A stretch of 64,000 nucleotides of DNA from Bdellovibrionales bacterium. GTDB lineage: Bacteria > Bdellovibrionota > Bdellovibrionia > Bdellovibrionales > UBA1609. This document shows positions 30,371 through 40,249 of the stretch, one piece after another. Position 1 is the stretch's first letter, and every line of letters starts with the position of its first letter. The notes under the pieces are model-generated. The model ran no database searches, was not told where the DNA came from, and saw only the letters and a program-made list of their open reading frames with translations. The stretch spans positions 653,613 to 717,612 of the forward strand of contig OZ244719.1 in NCBI GenBank assembly GCA_965219095.1, in the 5' to 3' direction. Position numbers and translations under genes: made by a program.

Positions 30371-30418
30371 CTCCCCTCAAAAGAATCTGTGAATTCCCAC
30401 AGATTCTTTTGAGGAGGC
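30371..30418. repeat. 48-bp ISL3-derived micro-MITE (variant)
   Basis: CCTCAAAAGAATCTGTG-AATTCC-CACAGATTCTTTTGAGG palindrome. Confidence 0.78.
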
Positions 30419-30532
30419 AGATTTTTTAATAGAAGGTCAATCCATAAACCAACTTAAAAATCCTTGATGAATGTTTTCATAAACCTTTGAAAAAGTAATG
30501 GGAGAGCCATGCCAATCATCAATCAGCATATT

Positions 30533-31702
30533 TTAAAACAAGCTCCTACATGTATTGTTACGCTCTCTTTGTGATAGCGTCTTTGTTTGTTCCGATGTGT
30601 TTTGCAAGGAAGTAAATGTGTTTTTTAATTCAACAATTCTCTTCTGAAGATTACCGAGTTGAGTGCCAATTATTCCTTGCTTTTTATTTCTTTGCTTTTT
30701 ATTTCTTTTTATATCTTCTTCTATTTTCTTTTCTAGAGTTTCAACTATAATTAGCCACCCAGAATATTTCATGATCGACTTTTTTGATAAAACTTCCCCT
30801 ATCAAATCATTACGAAAAGCATAAGAATCTCTTTTTTCAATCAATTCCAAAATCCAACTAGCCCATGTTAAATAGTGTATTTTGTAAAAGCTTGACAAAA
30901 TTTTTATCATAGGTCTTTCAAAAACACTATAAAACCCTTCAAGCCTCAATCTATCCATTAAAACTTTCTCTATCCAAAATGCCAAAGCGGAAATACTATC
31001 TTTCTGTTTTAATTGTTCTGATAACGATGGTTTCGGGTTTTTTACAAATTCTTCTGCAAGAATTTCTGCAAGAGTAAAATGAGTATGATAGCCCTTTTTA
31101 GCATTAGTCAAAGCTTGCATTAGTCTTAACTCTTCTGATTCTTCAGGCTGTTGTTTCTGAGGAAATTTTGTCACCTCTATGTCACCTTGTGCGTTCTGCT
31201 CCTTTAATTTCCTCTTCAATGTTTGAACATCGAAAGCTCCTATTTCTATCAAATTTTTCATGGGTATATTTTTGTCCAAGTCTATTTGAAAAAGACCCTT
31301 TCTTAAGGTTTTTGATATCCTGTTTATATGCCATATACGCCTTAGGCCAACATCTACAACTGCTAATTTTCCCATCAAAATGATTTTCGCCAACTCTTCA
31401 CGTTGATAAGGTGTTATACTTTCTATCAACTCTTGTGGGAAAACCTCCCTTAAAATAACTTTAGGGTCTAGTAATAGTCTGCGCATTAATACTTGGTTGA
31501 CTAGATTTGCCATAACTCTCCTATGATTCTCTTCTTCAGTAGCTTCTTCAGTAGATGTTTGCGATAGAACTGTTTCTGAGGTGAAAGACAGGAAGCTTAG
31601 AATTAGAAATAAAGAATAAAGCGAGGACTTTAAATTTAATGTAATGTAAGGAAAGTTCTTACGAACCTCTAATGTGGATTTTAAAATTTTTTTTGTTTTC
31701 AC
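30533..31702 (-). CDS. Hypothetical exported protein
   Basis: 389-aa ORF with AAGGAGG RBS before GTG, N-terminal hydrophobic segment, ends TCRSLF. Confidence 0.7.
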   Translation of the reverse strand: MKTKKILKSTLEVRKNFPYITLNLKSSLYSLFLILSFLSFTSETVLSQTSTEEATEEENHRRVMANLVNQVLMRRLLLDPKVILREVFPQELIESITPYQREELAKIILMGKLAVVDVGLRRIWHINRISKTLRKGLFQIDLDKNIPMKNLIEIGAFDVQTLKRKLKEQNAQGDIEVTKFPQKQQPEESEELRLMQALTNAKKGYHTHFTLAEILAEEFVKNPKPSLSEQLKQKDSISALAFWIEKVLMDRLRLEGFYSVFERPMIKILSSFYKIHYLTWASWILELIEKRDSYAFRNDLIGEVLSKKSIMKYSGWLIIVETLEKKIEEDIKRNKKQRNKKQGIIGTQLGNLQKRIVELKNTFTSLQNTSEQTKTLSQRERNNTCRSLF

Positions 31703-32386
31703 TTTTTAAACCTCCTTGTTTTTCTTTTTGATAGACTTCCTTGTCTCCTTTGCTTAATACTCAATAGGGCTTTCTTTAGACTTTAGACTAGTTTATAAAA
31801 AAAGTCAAGAAAAAGATTTTGGTTTTTCATCGTTGATAAACGTTAAAATGCATGGAAGTTCTAACAAGTGGTGTGATAATTTTTGTCAGTGTATAAAGTT
31901 TATACACCTTTTTATGATGCCTTATTTTTTATGATGCCTTATAAAGAGTGATTTTAAAAGCTTTCAAAAGGACTTTGACTGGCATAAGAGCTACCGTCTA
32001 TATTTATGAAAGACGGAGGAGGTCGAATCTGATCTGAAGAGCCTTAAAGAGCCTGTAAATTAGAAGAGCCGTCCTCTTCAAAAGCTCTCTTACAGACTGC
32101 CAGAACCTCCGGGAACCCACAGATGTTCTTTCTCTCAGTCCAATAAAACTTTGGAGAGAGTAGAAATTTCTCAAATCGAAATAAAAGCTATTTGAGATGT
32201 TGATTCAACAAAAGATAACGAAAAATACTATTTGAATGTGTTTTTATTTGAATTTTTTAATGCGACATGTTATTATGTTCTTTTAGCAGTTAGTTGACAC
32301 AATTGATTGCACTTAGGCTGTATAGACGAGAAAATATAATAAAACTTGAAAGCCTGGGCTTTCAAAACAAAGAAGGGAGAAGTAAA

Positions 32387-33043
32387 ATGAAAAAAACAAT
32401 TTTAACAACAATGGTGGTTTTCACCATGGTTTTTCAAGGAACGTTCGCTTTTTCTGCTGCTGAAACCATTTCTGAAAAAAACTTAACTGAAGAACAAAAA
32501 AATGACTTAGCTTTTGCCACTCTAAAGTTTTTAAGTGAATATCGAGATGAGATAGGAAAGAGCTCAATTTTAATAGCCTTTGTAAGTGCTGGTTATACAA
32601 TACTTAAATTAGGTGAAGCTAATAGGCTTGGCCTTACCCTATCCCGTCTGGGGCTTGCGTATGTGCAAAACCCATTCCAATATACGGTGGGGGGAGGTAT
32701 GTTTGCGAAAGTAAAGGCTGAGAAGAGACTAAAAGTCTTAAAAAAACGAATCCCCATATCATTCGGTATTGGATTTGGATCAATGGCTGTGAGTATACTT
32801 TTTCTCTTCACTCCTACTGAAGTTGCTGTTGGTACTATGGATGCGTATTATTTAGAAACTGAAGAAGGTCGTAAAAAGCTTGTGAACATGACAGAAGAGG
32901 AACAAAAAAGAGCCATTAGAGATTATCCCGGGTTAGGAGAAGGACTTACCAACATAGGTCTTGAAATTCTCAATGCTGTACATGCCGCAGCATATGCTGC
33001 AGAAGAACATCCCACTGAAAGAATGGAGTTGAAAGCTTTTTAA
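32387..33043 (+). CDS. Hypothetical exported/membrane protein
   Basis: GGGAG RBS, signal peptide MKKTILTT..AFSAA, two internal hydrophobic segments. Confidence 0.7.
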   Translation: MKKTILTTMVVFTMVFQGTFAFSAAETISEKNLTEEQKNDLAFATLKFLSEYRDEIGKSSILIAFVSAGYTILKLGEANRLGLTLSRLGLAYVQNPFQYTVGGGMFAKVKAEKRLKVLKKRIPISFGIGFGSMAVSILFLFTPTEVAVGTMDAYYLETEEGRKKLVNMTEEEQKRAIRDYPGLGEGLTNIGLEILNAVHAAAYAAEEHPTERMELKAF

Positions 33044-33072
33044 GAGGTAAAAAACTTTCCAAGATTATCACT

Positions 33073-33518
33073 TGACAAACAATGAGGCAGAAAGAACGAT
33101 TCGACATTCTGTGATGGGAAGAAAGAACTTTCATGGATGGGTCAAGGACTTAGAGAGGGGCTGAAACAGCAGCAGTGCTTTACACTATTGTGGAAAGTTG
33201 TAAAAAGGTGGAATTAGATCCTAAGGACTATATTTTAATGGCTGTGGGAAACTCCCTCGATAAGATACCTATTAAAACGCCTTTAGAGTATACAAATGAG
33301 CTTCGTTCTTAAGAGAATAAAACACAAAGCAAATCAAAATACGGAAAAAAACTAGGAATTATTCTAGAAGAACTTCTCTACATTTTTGTAACAGGGAAAG
33401 CCTTAGGTAAATGTTTTACAGGCTTATTTTACAACAAGATCAATAAAAACTTCTCCTTTAAAATCTAAGAAACATCCTCCGCCAGTAGGAGTCAAGGGCT
33501 GTTAAAAAACCGACTTAC
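33073..33518 (+). pseudogene. IS66 TnpC 3' remnant plus right end
   Basis: Near-identical to 13285-13560 joined to 18288-18434. GGAT duplication causes a frameshift. Ends AACCGACTTAC. Confidence 0.85.
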
Positions 33519-33603
33519 GATTCTTTTGAGGAGGCATATTTTAGATCATTATACAAACAATGATTTAGAAAAAAGTGTCGAATTAATTTTTGTAATTGGT
33601 ATA

Positions 33604-33765
33604 AAATGAAGATTTTTGAGTTGAACCGCCAAGGGCGGAGAGGGACAGGATGTCCCGAAAACTAAAAAATGCAAAGACAGAATGTCTTATCCCTTTATAC
33701 ACTAAATCATCAATTTTATGTGCTGTTTCTTAACTGCTTTCACTCACAGATTTCCGTGAGGAGCC
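33604..33765 (-). repeat. Left end of a diverged ISL3 relative
   Basis: Terminus GGCTCCTCACGGAAATCTGTGAGTGAAA, collinear with 54160-54320. Confidence 0.7.
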
Positions 33766-34164
33766 TAAAAATTTAACAGAGTTTGATCAAAAAGCCAGGA
33801 TGCTATGCGATAGAAGAATGTTGAATTAATTTTTGTAATTGGTATTAGTTGGAAGTTGCGTATGGCTCTGAAACCGCTGAAGTCAGGATAAATGATCCTG
33901 ATTCTGTGACCCTAGAATCTCTTAACCTATTGTAATTATTGATTTATCGCTATGTGTTGTGTCGAAGTCAGGAAAAAGAAGAATTACAGGAGAAAGTATA
34001 TTTAAATAAAGACCAGCTAAAGTGATTTAGAAATTTTGAGTTTTATATAAATAAAAAGAAATTGCATAAGGTATTGTGATTGCTTTGAACCGAATGATAT
34101 GATGGTTATATGTGTGGACAAGTTCTGAATCGCACCTCCCTAGCTAATTTTTTTGGATTCTTAA

Positions 34165-34944
34165 ATGGGTGACAAAGTTGTAAGATGTAAAAAATCTAAT
34201 TTGAGAGAGACATGGGCAACTCTTGAGGGGCTTCCAAATCCTGAGAAAGTTCATGTAATAGAAGAGCAAATTTCTGCTCTAACCCATCATATAAGAACAA
34301 CTATTTTATCAAAAAAAGAATATGAAGATTCGCAAAGAATAATAACCTCCATTACGAGTCTGCCCAATCAAGGGGTAATGCCTTATTGGGCCAATGAATT
34401 TCGTTGGCAAAATAAGGGAGAAAAAATTTTACGAATTGGAAATAACTTCTTAGGGTTTCATACTTTACACAAAGAAGAACACAAGTATAGAACATATGCT
34501 GAAGATCTTGAACCATTAATCAAAGAAGTTACAGAAAGAATAAATGCTGACAACGCTTTCTTAGTTAAAAGGACTATATTTCGTTATATCAATATCTTTT
34601 TTCTGGACAGAGAGGGGTTTAATTTAAATGAGTATTTTGATGTGAACTGCTCAATAAAGTTAGATAATGAACCTGTTCCTTTGTCTGGTTTTCTTGCTAA
34701 CTTTAGCTTTAATGGTTTAAAAAATAATACGACACTAACTTTAGACTTTAAAGCTCAGCCGTCAAATGATAAAATATTTTTAATAATAGAAACTACTGGA
34801 CATCAATCACTTGAAAAAAGTGTTACTATATCAGATCAAAAAATCTTAGAGGTTCTTCGATTATTGAAAGAGGAAACTAAATGTGCTTTTTTTAGATGTG
34901 CAAAAGAAAAAATAAAAAATATACTGGAGGTAGAATATGAGTAA
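34165..34944 (+). CDS. Hypothetical protein resembling the TIGR04255 family
   Basis: 259 aa. RTIFRYINIF resembles the RIGLRYIN hallmark; K..FF near the C-terminus. Confidence 0.5.
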   Translation: MGDKVVRCKKSNLRETWATLEGLPNPEKVHVIEEQISALTHHIRTTILSKKEYEDSQRIITSITSLPNQGVMPYWANEFRWQNKGEKILRIGNNFLGFHTLHKEEHKYRTYAEDLEPLIKEVTERINADNAFLVKRTIFRYINIFFLDREGFNLNEYFDVNCSIKLDNEPVPLSGFLANFSFNGLKNNTTLTLDFKAQPSNDKIFLIIETTGHQSLEKSVTISDQKILEVLRLLKEETKCAFFRCAKEKIKNILEVEYE

Positions 34945-35338
34945 CAATTTTTTTAATCACTATAGCAGGAATAAAGAAGCAGTTCATAATGACTTAACTT
35001 CCGGAGATGTTTCAACTCCGCCAATTATTATTTCTGCAAATGGCCTTCTTTGTAAATACGACAATGGAGAAAACTTTGAAGAAAATCTGCCTCTGTTATC
35101 TCACATAAGAGAATTAAGCTCGGTTATTTTAGATAATTTCAAAGATGAGGCCATTATGGAAGATTTATATTGCGATTTAAACTATAAAAAACTATCTGGT
35201 AAAAAATTAACACAGGAAGAGAAAGTTTTAATGTCAGAAATTGATAGACAATTAAGTCAAGCTAGATCTATTTTTTCAGATGATCCAAAATATCTCAAGG
35301 CAAAAAAAGAAATGAAACAACATTCAAACGAATCTTAA
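34937..35338 (+). CDS. Hypothetical protein
   Basis: GGAGG RBS, 8-nt overlap with the upstream gene. Confidence 0.7.
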   Translation: MSNNFFNHYSRNKEAVHNDLTSGDVSTPPIIISANGLLCKYDNGENFEENLPLLSHIRELSSVILDNFKDEAIMEDLYCDLNYKKLSGKKLTQEEKVLMSEIDRQLSQARSIFSDDPKYLKAKKEMKQHSNES

Positions 35339-35350
35339 TTTCTTTGTCAA

Positions 35351-35961
35351 ATGGCTAAGATACCATACGTACGCCCCTATGAGAATTCTGGAACAAATTA
35401 TAAAAGGTATAAAAAGTGGCTCGGTGAAGTTTTTTACTCAAATACCTGTGCTTTTTGTTTTCTTTCTATGACGCCTAATTCTCCAACGATTGAGCATTAT
35501 TATCCAAAAGGAAAATTTCCTTATAAAGAATCTGATCCTAAGAATTTATTACTTTCCTGTTCTGGGTGTAATAGTATAAAAAGTGATTTTTTTGACGAAC
35601 AAAACCCTGGTATAATTTTTAACTGCCGTAAAGAGAATTTATCTAAAATTCTTGATATTAACAAAACCACAGGAGAACTTAAGCCCAAAAAATCTCTGAA
35701 TGATAAAAAAAAGGAAAGAGCTCTTTTTAATATAAAAAAATTTAAATTAAATCTTCCACGCCAAAAAAAGATCGAAAAGATCTTATAAAGATGCTGAGCT
35801 TTTCTCAAAAATACAAGAAAACAGATGCAATTGATGAATTTCTTTCTGATAGATACTTATTTTTTCTTATCTTAGGAATTAAAATAAAGCCATGTTCTAA
35901 AAAAAGAATTTTAAAAATTCGAAAAGAAAATATAGAGAAATATAAAAAGGGTTTATTGTAA
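35351..35961 (+). CDS. HNH endonuclease (apparent frameshift at A7 run 35763-35769)
   Basis: CAFC..IEHYYPK..NLLLSCSGCNSIK. The first frame stops at 35788; a shifted frame stays open to TAA 35961. Confidence 0.8.
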
Positions 35962-36028
35962 TATCAATTCCAAAAGTTCATTCTACATTTTCATGTATAA
36001 GTTTGGATTTTTACTTCTAGAAAATTTA

Positions 36029-36076
36029 GCCTCCTCAAAAGAATCTGTGGAAACTCACAGATTCTTTTGAGGAAGC
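36029..36076. repeat. 48-bp ISL3-derived micro-MITE (variant)
   Basis: GCCTCCTCAAAAGAATCTGTG-GAAACT-CACAGATTCTTTTGAGGAAGC, with AT-rich near-duplicated flanks. Confidence 0.78.
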
Positions 36077-36200
36077 AAATTATTTTTTCACAAGTCCTAA
36101 CCCAATTAAAGGCTTCAATATGAAGGGCTTTTACTTTCTATCTTTTCGAATGAATTGTGTAAGTCTTGAAAACAAATTCACACGAAAGCATGAGTTTGCT

Positions 36201-36238
36201 AAAAAAAGAAGGCCTATGTAAGCCCAGTAAGGGCCTCC
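36201..36238 (-). terminator. Putative terminator downstream of bolA-grx
   Basis: Minus strand GGAGGCC...GGCCTTC followed by a T-run. Confidence 0.5.
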
Positions 36239-36297
36239 TGCCAAAGTCCATGCTAGGAGAAGAAATCCCACAAGCCAGCTTAAAAACCTTTCCAATT

Positions 36298-36873
36298 TCA
36301 TGGCCTGTTTAAAATTTTTTGTAACTCTCCTGACTGGAACATGTCCATGACAATATCACAGCCACCTATGAGATTTTTGGAAACATACAATTGGGGTATC
36401 GTAGGCCAATTACCATAAACTTTCACACCCTCTCGTATTTTATCATCATCTAAAACATTGATTGAACTAAATTCCACGTCACAGGCATTGAGAATCTCTA
36501 CCACTTTAGCTGAAAAGCCGCACTGAGGTGCTTCTGGGGTTCCTTTCATAAACAAGACAATTTTTTTTTGATTCAGAACGTTTTCTATTTTAGTTTTTGT
36601 TTCTTGATTTAAGTTCATGGGGTTTTCTCCTTTGTGAGTGTTGTTAGAGGGGCTTGTTTTTAAACTCAGAGCGTGAATCTCTCCTGTTTTTAGCTCTTTT
36701 TTGAAAAGTGACTTGATTTGTCTGTGTTGTTCTATCACTTGTAAGTCTTTGAACTCAGGGGTTGAAATATGAATCTGCCAATAATTTTCAGTACCTGTAA
36801 GGTCTTTAACCAGAACTTGACACATGGGGTAATTTTCTTTGATACGTTTTTGAATGTCTTCTTTCTTAAGCAT
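36298..36873 (-). CDS. BolA family domain fused to monothiol glutaredoxin (Grx4/GrxD)
   Basis: BolA: DLTG..FKDL..IEQHRQI..EIHALSLKT. Grx: LFMKGTP..PQCGFS, WPTIPQLY, GGCDI. Confidence 0.9.
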   Translation of the reverse strand: MLKKEDIQKRIKENYPMCQVLVKDLTGTENYWQIHISTPEFKDLQVIEQHRQIKSLFKKELKTGEIHALSLKTSPSNNTHKGENPMNLNQETKTKIENVLNQKKIVLFMKGTPEAPQCGFSAKVVEILNACDVEFSSINVLDDDKIREGVKVYGNWPTIPQLYVSKNLIGGCDIVMDMFQSGELQKILNRP

Positions 36874-36938
36874 TTCTTTCTTCCTTTATATAGGATAGGT
36901 CTGGACAGTCAATAACTCTTTGTGTTAGAAATTAGAAG

Positions 36939-37271
36939 ATGAAATGTTTTGAAAAAGCACCTCACTCTCATATTCGTATAGAAAAACAAAAAGCTCAGAA
37001 GCTAAAGAAATCGTCATGGTGGAAACAGAAGCTTTCAGAGGGGATTTGTTATTACTGTGAAAAAAAACTTCCTCAAACACAACTTACAATGGATCACAAA
37101 GTTCCTCTTTCTCGAGGAGGGCTTTCTTCACGTTCTAATGTGGTGTTAAGTTGTGTGTCTTGTAATTCAAAAAAAATGTACTGGACACCTGCGGAAATAA
37201 TTTTACAATCAGAACTGAACAAAGGAGATCTTTTTGCAAGTCAACAAAACAAAGAAGATTGTAACAAGTAG
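36939..37271 (+). CDS. Small HNH endonuclease
   Basis: CYYC..LTMDHKVPLSRGG..NVVLSCVSCNSKK. Confidence 0.9.
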   Translation: MKCFEKAPHSHIRIEKQKAQKLKKSSWWKQKLSEGICYYCEKKLPQTQLTMDHKVPLSRGGLSSRSNVVLSCVSCNSKKMYWTPAEIILQSELNKGDLFASQQNKEDCNK

Positions 37272-39045
37272 TACGGCTGAGTATTTTGCTAAAAATTTAC
37301 AGCAAGTGGGGTTTTCTTCTCCCCTAAAAGCGGTTTTGACAACATTAAAAGAGGCTGTGGATAATTCTTTGGATGCCTGCGAAGAAGCTGGTCTTTTGCC
37401 AGAGATCAAAGTCGAGGTAAAAAAAATAGGAGCCAGTTCTGTAAAAAATACTGATCTTATACAAATTGTTGTTGAAGACAACGGTCCTGGGCTTGATTTA
37501 GAGTTCTTGCCTAAAGTTTTTGGAGAGTATTTAACTTCATCGAAGTTTGGCCAAGGGCAGTGTTCTCGTGGACAACAGGGCATTGGTATTTCAGCAGCTA
37601 CCACTTGGGCACAACTGACGAATGCTAGCGGTGTTTTGGTTGTGAGTAAAACTTCTCGTATGAAAAAAGCTGTGAAGGCTTTTGTCACAGTGGACATTAA
37701 AAATAACAAAGGTGTTATCAAATCCAAAGAGACCATTGGTTGGGATAGACCCCATGGCTTAAGTGTTCATTTTAGAATTGATGGTAAAGCACAGATCAAA
37801 GGAGAGGGGGGGCTTTTAACGTACTTAGAAGGAACTACATTGGTCAATCCTCATCTTGATTTACGTTACAAACTTTTAGATTCTCAATGGATTCATATCA
37901 AGAGGGTGGCTCAAGCCATACCTCAGGTACCACCTCCTACTTTGCCTCATCCTCATACGATGAAACTAGGGGAATTTATGACCCATGCCCACCTTTTTGA
38001 CAACCTGTCTTTGAATCAATTTTTGAAAAAAGCTTTCTTTCGCATTTCTAATAAAACGATTGAAGAGTTTGTCAAAAAAGGTCTTCCTCGACAGCTTTTA
38101 AAAGCTCCTGTTTACAAAAACAAAGAAGAGGATTTTAAAAAGATCTTCTCTGCTATACAAAAAACAGATCTTCCTCGTCCTTCCACTCAATCTGTGATGA
38201 CGATAGGAGAAGAGTCCTTGTCTTCTAGTATTTTAAGGTTAGGAGAGGTGGACTTTTTTAGTGTCAACACAAGGAAGCCTAAAATTTGTGATTTTAAGCC
38301 TGTGGTTGTGGAAGTGGCTATGGCAAGGTTTTTAGATCGAGGTGCTGAGGCTGAAGAAAAGCAAGTCCAGCTTTTGAGGTTTGCTAACCGTGTTCCCTTA
38401 CAATTTGATAAATCCTCTTGTGCCATTACAAAGGCTGTGGAATCCATCAATTGGAAGGCTTATGGTCTTAGTCAAGCAAGAAACTCTCTTCCCTCAGGCC
38501 CTTATGTCATCGCAGTCAGCGTAACCTCTCCGTTTATTAAATTTAAAAACGCTTCAAAAGAAACAATTGATGCAAGCCAAGAGTTAGTTGAGGAAATTCG
38601 TTTAGCTCTTATGCAGGGAGGGCAGAAATTAAGTCGCCATCTTAAAAGAGAGCATAGAGCTTTAGAACTTGAAAGAAAGATTGCCCACATTGAAAGGTTT
38701 GCTCCTATTTTTGTGGAGACTTTGTGTCGTATTGCTAAAGCGAACAACAAAAGAAAACAAAAAGCTGTTTTAGGTTTAAAAAAGATTTTAGGAAGGGACT
38801 CTAATGAGGCTGAGAAAAAGTTAGAAATGGCAGAAGAGAAGCTTGCAGGACTTAAAGGTTCAGGAAAGATCAGAAAGGAAAGTTTTGTTGAAAAAAAAGG
38901 AGAAGAAGAACAGGAAAAAGAAAAAAACTTGGGAGAAAAGAAGATAGAAAAAAAAGATGTTAAAAAAGGGAAGACTTCAAAAAATAAAATCAATAAGAGG
39001 GTAAAGATTAAAAAAAAAGAACATTATGCAAAACAAAAGAGATAA
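37234..39045 (+). CDS. top6B: DNA topoisomerase VI subunit B
   Basis: GHKL motifs EAVDNSLDACE, VEDNGPG, SSKF..SRGQQGIGISA; PHPH; LLRFANRVPL. Lys/Glu-rich tail. Confidence 0.93.
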   Translation: MQVNKTKKIVTSSTAEYFAKNLQQVGFSSPLKAVLTTLKEAVDNSLDACEEAGLLPEIKVEVKKIGASSVKNTDLIQIVVEDNGPGLDLEFLPKVFGEYLTSSKFGQGQCSRGQQGIGISAATTWAQLTNASGVLVVSKTSRMKKAVKAFVTVDIKNNKGVIKSKETIGWDRPHGLSVHFRIDGKAQIKGEGGLLTYLEGTTLVNPHLDLRYKLLDSQWIHIKRVAQAIPQVPPPTLPHPHTMKLGEFMTHAHLFDNLSLNQFLKKAFFRISNKTIEEFVKKGLPRQLLKAPVYKNKEEDFKKIFSAIQKTDLPRPSTQSVMTIGEESLSSSILRLGEVDFFSVNTRKPKICDFKPVVVEVAMARFLDRGAEAEEKQVQLLRFANRVPLQFDKSSCAITKAVESINWKAYGLSQARNSLPSGPYVIAVSVTSPFIKFKNASKETIDASQELVEEIRLALMQGGQKLSRHLKREHRALELERKIAHIERFAPIFVETLCRIAKANNKRKQKAVLGLKKILGRDSNEAEKKLEMAEEKLAGLKGSGKIRKESFVEKKGEEEQEKEKNLGEKKIEKKDVKKGKTSKNKINKRVKIKKKEHYAKQKR

Positions 39046-39088
39046 AACAAAAAACAAAAAAAGAAAAAAATAAAGGGAGCTTAAGTTT

Positions 39089-40249
39089 ATGGCTTTAATG
39101 AAAATTCGTGATTTAAAAATTGATATTCCTAAAGAGGCTAAAGAGTTGTGTGATGCTATGCTGGTTGACTTAGAAAAAGGGAAAAGACCGAGTGTTAATG
39201 CAATCAAATGCCGTTTAGACAATGCCATTTATAACCCTAAACTAGGCTATTTAACTCCAGGCTCAAAAAAAGTGACAACAGAGTTGAATGTGTCGTCGAT
39301 TCAAAAAATGTCTCGCACTGTGTTTATGTTAGAAATTTTGCTTAACAATTTAAAAAGTGCCCGTGTGAACACAAAAAGGGAGCTTTATTATATTTCAAAG
39401 GGTTTTGTAAGGTCAGAAACAAACTTAAAGCCTTTAGATTTTTCTGATCAGATTGAAAGTGATGCTATTATTGATTTTATCTGTGAACTTTTAGAAGTCT
39501 ATAGAGAAGAGATCAATTGTTATGCTAATGATAGAGGAGGACAGACGTACTCACAGTGTTTGGTCATTACGGAAAGTTTGTCTGATGGAACTAAAGCGAC
39601 TGTTGATTTAAGTTCTTTAGGAACAAGTCCTTTCCAGCCTAAGAACAGGCCTCAAAATTTAAAATTAAAAGCTAAGAAGAAAATTAAATTTTGTTTAGTT
39701 GTGGAGTCTGAAGGTACAGCGAATACACTTGTGGCTAATGGTATGACCAAAAGACAGAATTGTATTGTGATGGGAGCTCAAGGTGTTCCCAGTAATGCTG
39801 TGAGGGCTTGGTGTCAGAGCATTCAAAATCAATTGAAAGTCCCTATTTATTTTTTCGGAGATTTAGATGCCTATACTTTACAGAATATTTATAGAACTCT
39901 GAAAGCAGGCTCTGCTTCCAGTTTGATTCGTAACAAATACTTTTCTGCTCCTGATGTTAGGTTTTTAGGCGTTTTGCCAGATGATGTTAAAAAGTATGAC
40001 CTGCATTGTTACAAAGTCAATGAAAAAAACTCCTCTGATGCAAGAGCTTTGAAAAAAGCAAGAGACGTTTTAAATAATGATCCTTTCTTCAAGGATTCTA
40101 AGAATAAAAAAATAGCTTCTATTTTAAAGTGGTTGATAAAGAATAAAGTGCGTTGTGAACAGCAAGCTTTCTTTGCTGTAAACCCTAAAGACCCTACAGG
40201 TTTTGAAAAGATCATTTTAGACAAGATCAAAAGCAAATCATACATTTGA
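39089..40249 (+). CDS. top6A: DNA topoisomerase VI subunit A (Spo11-like)
   Basis: TKRELYY catalytic Tyr region; TOPRIM VVESEG, G-x-P and GDLD; terminal EQQA. Confidence 0.9.
   Translation: MALMKIRDLKIDIPKEAKELCDAMLVDLEKGKRPSVNAIKCRLDNAIYNPKLGYLTPGSKKVTTELNVSSIQKMSRTVFMLEILLNNLKSARVNTKRELYYISKGFVRSETNLKPLDFSDQIESDAIIDFICELLEVYREEINCYANDRGGQTYSQCLVITESLSDGTKATVDLSSLGTSPFQPKNRPQNLKLKAKKKIKFCLVVESEGTANTLVANGMTKRQNCIVMGAQGVPSNAVRAWCQSIQNQLKVPIYFFGDLDAYTLQNIYRTLKAGSASSLIRNKYFSAPDVRFLGVLPDDVKKYDLHCYKVNEKNSSDARALKKARDVLNNDPFFKDSKNKKIASILKWLIKNKVRCEQQAFFAVNPKDPTGFEKIILDKIKSKSYI

Noticed and set aside
31980..31995. TGGCAT as a sigma54 promoter
   Set aside because: The -12 TTGC element is missing (CTAC), so the match is too weak.
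33850..35961. Retron or Septu assignment for the HNH cassette
   Set aside because: No reverse transcriptase or ATPase motifs are present in or near the operon.
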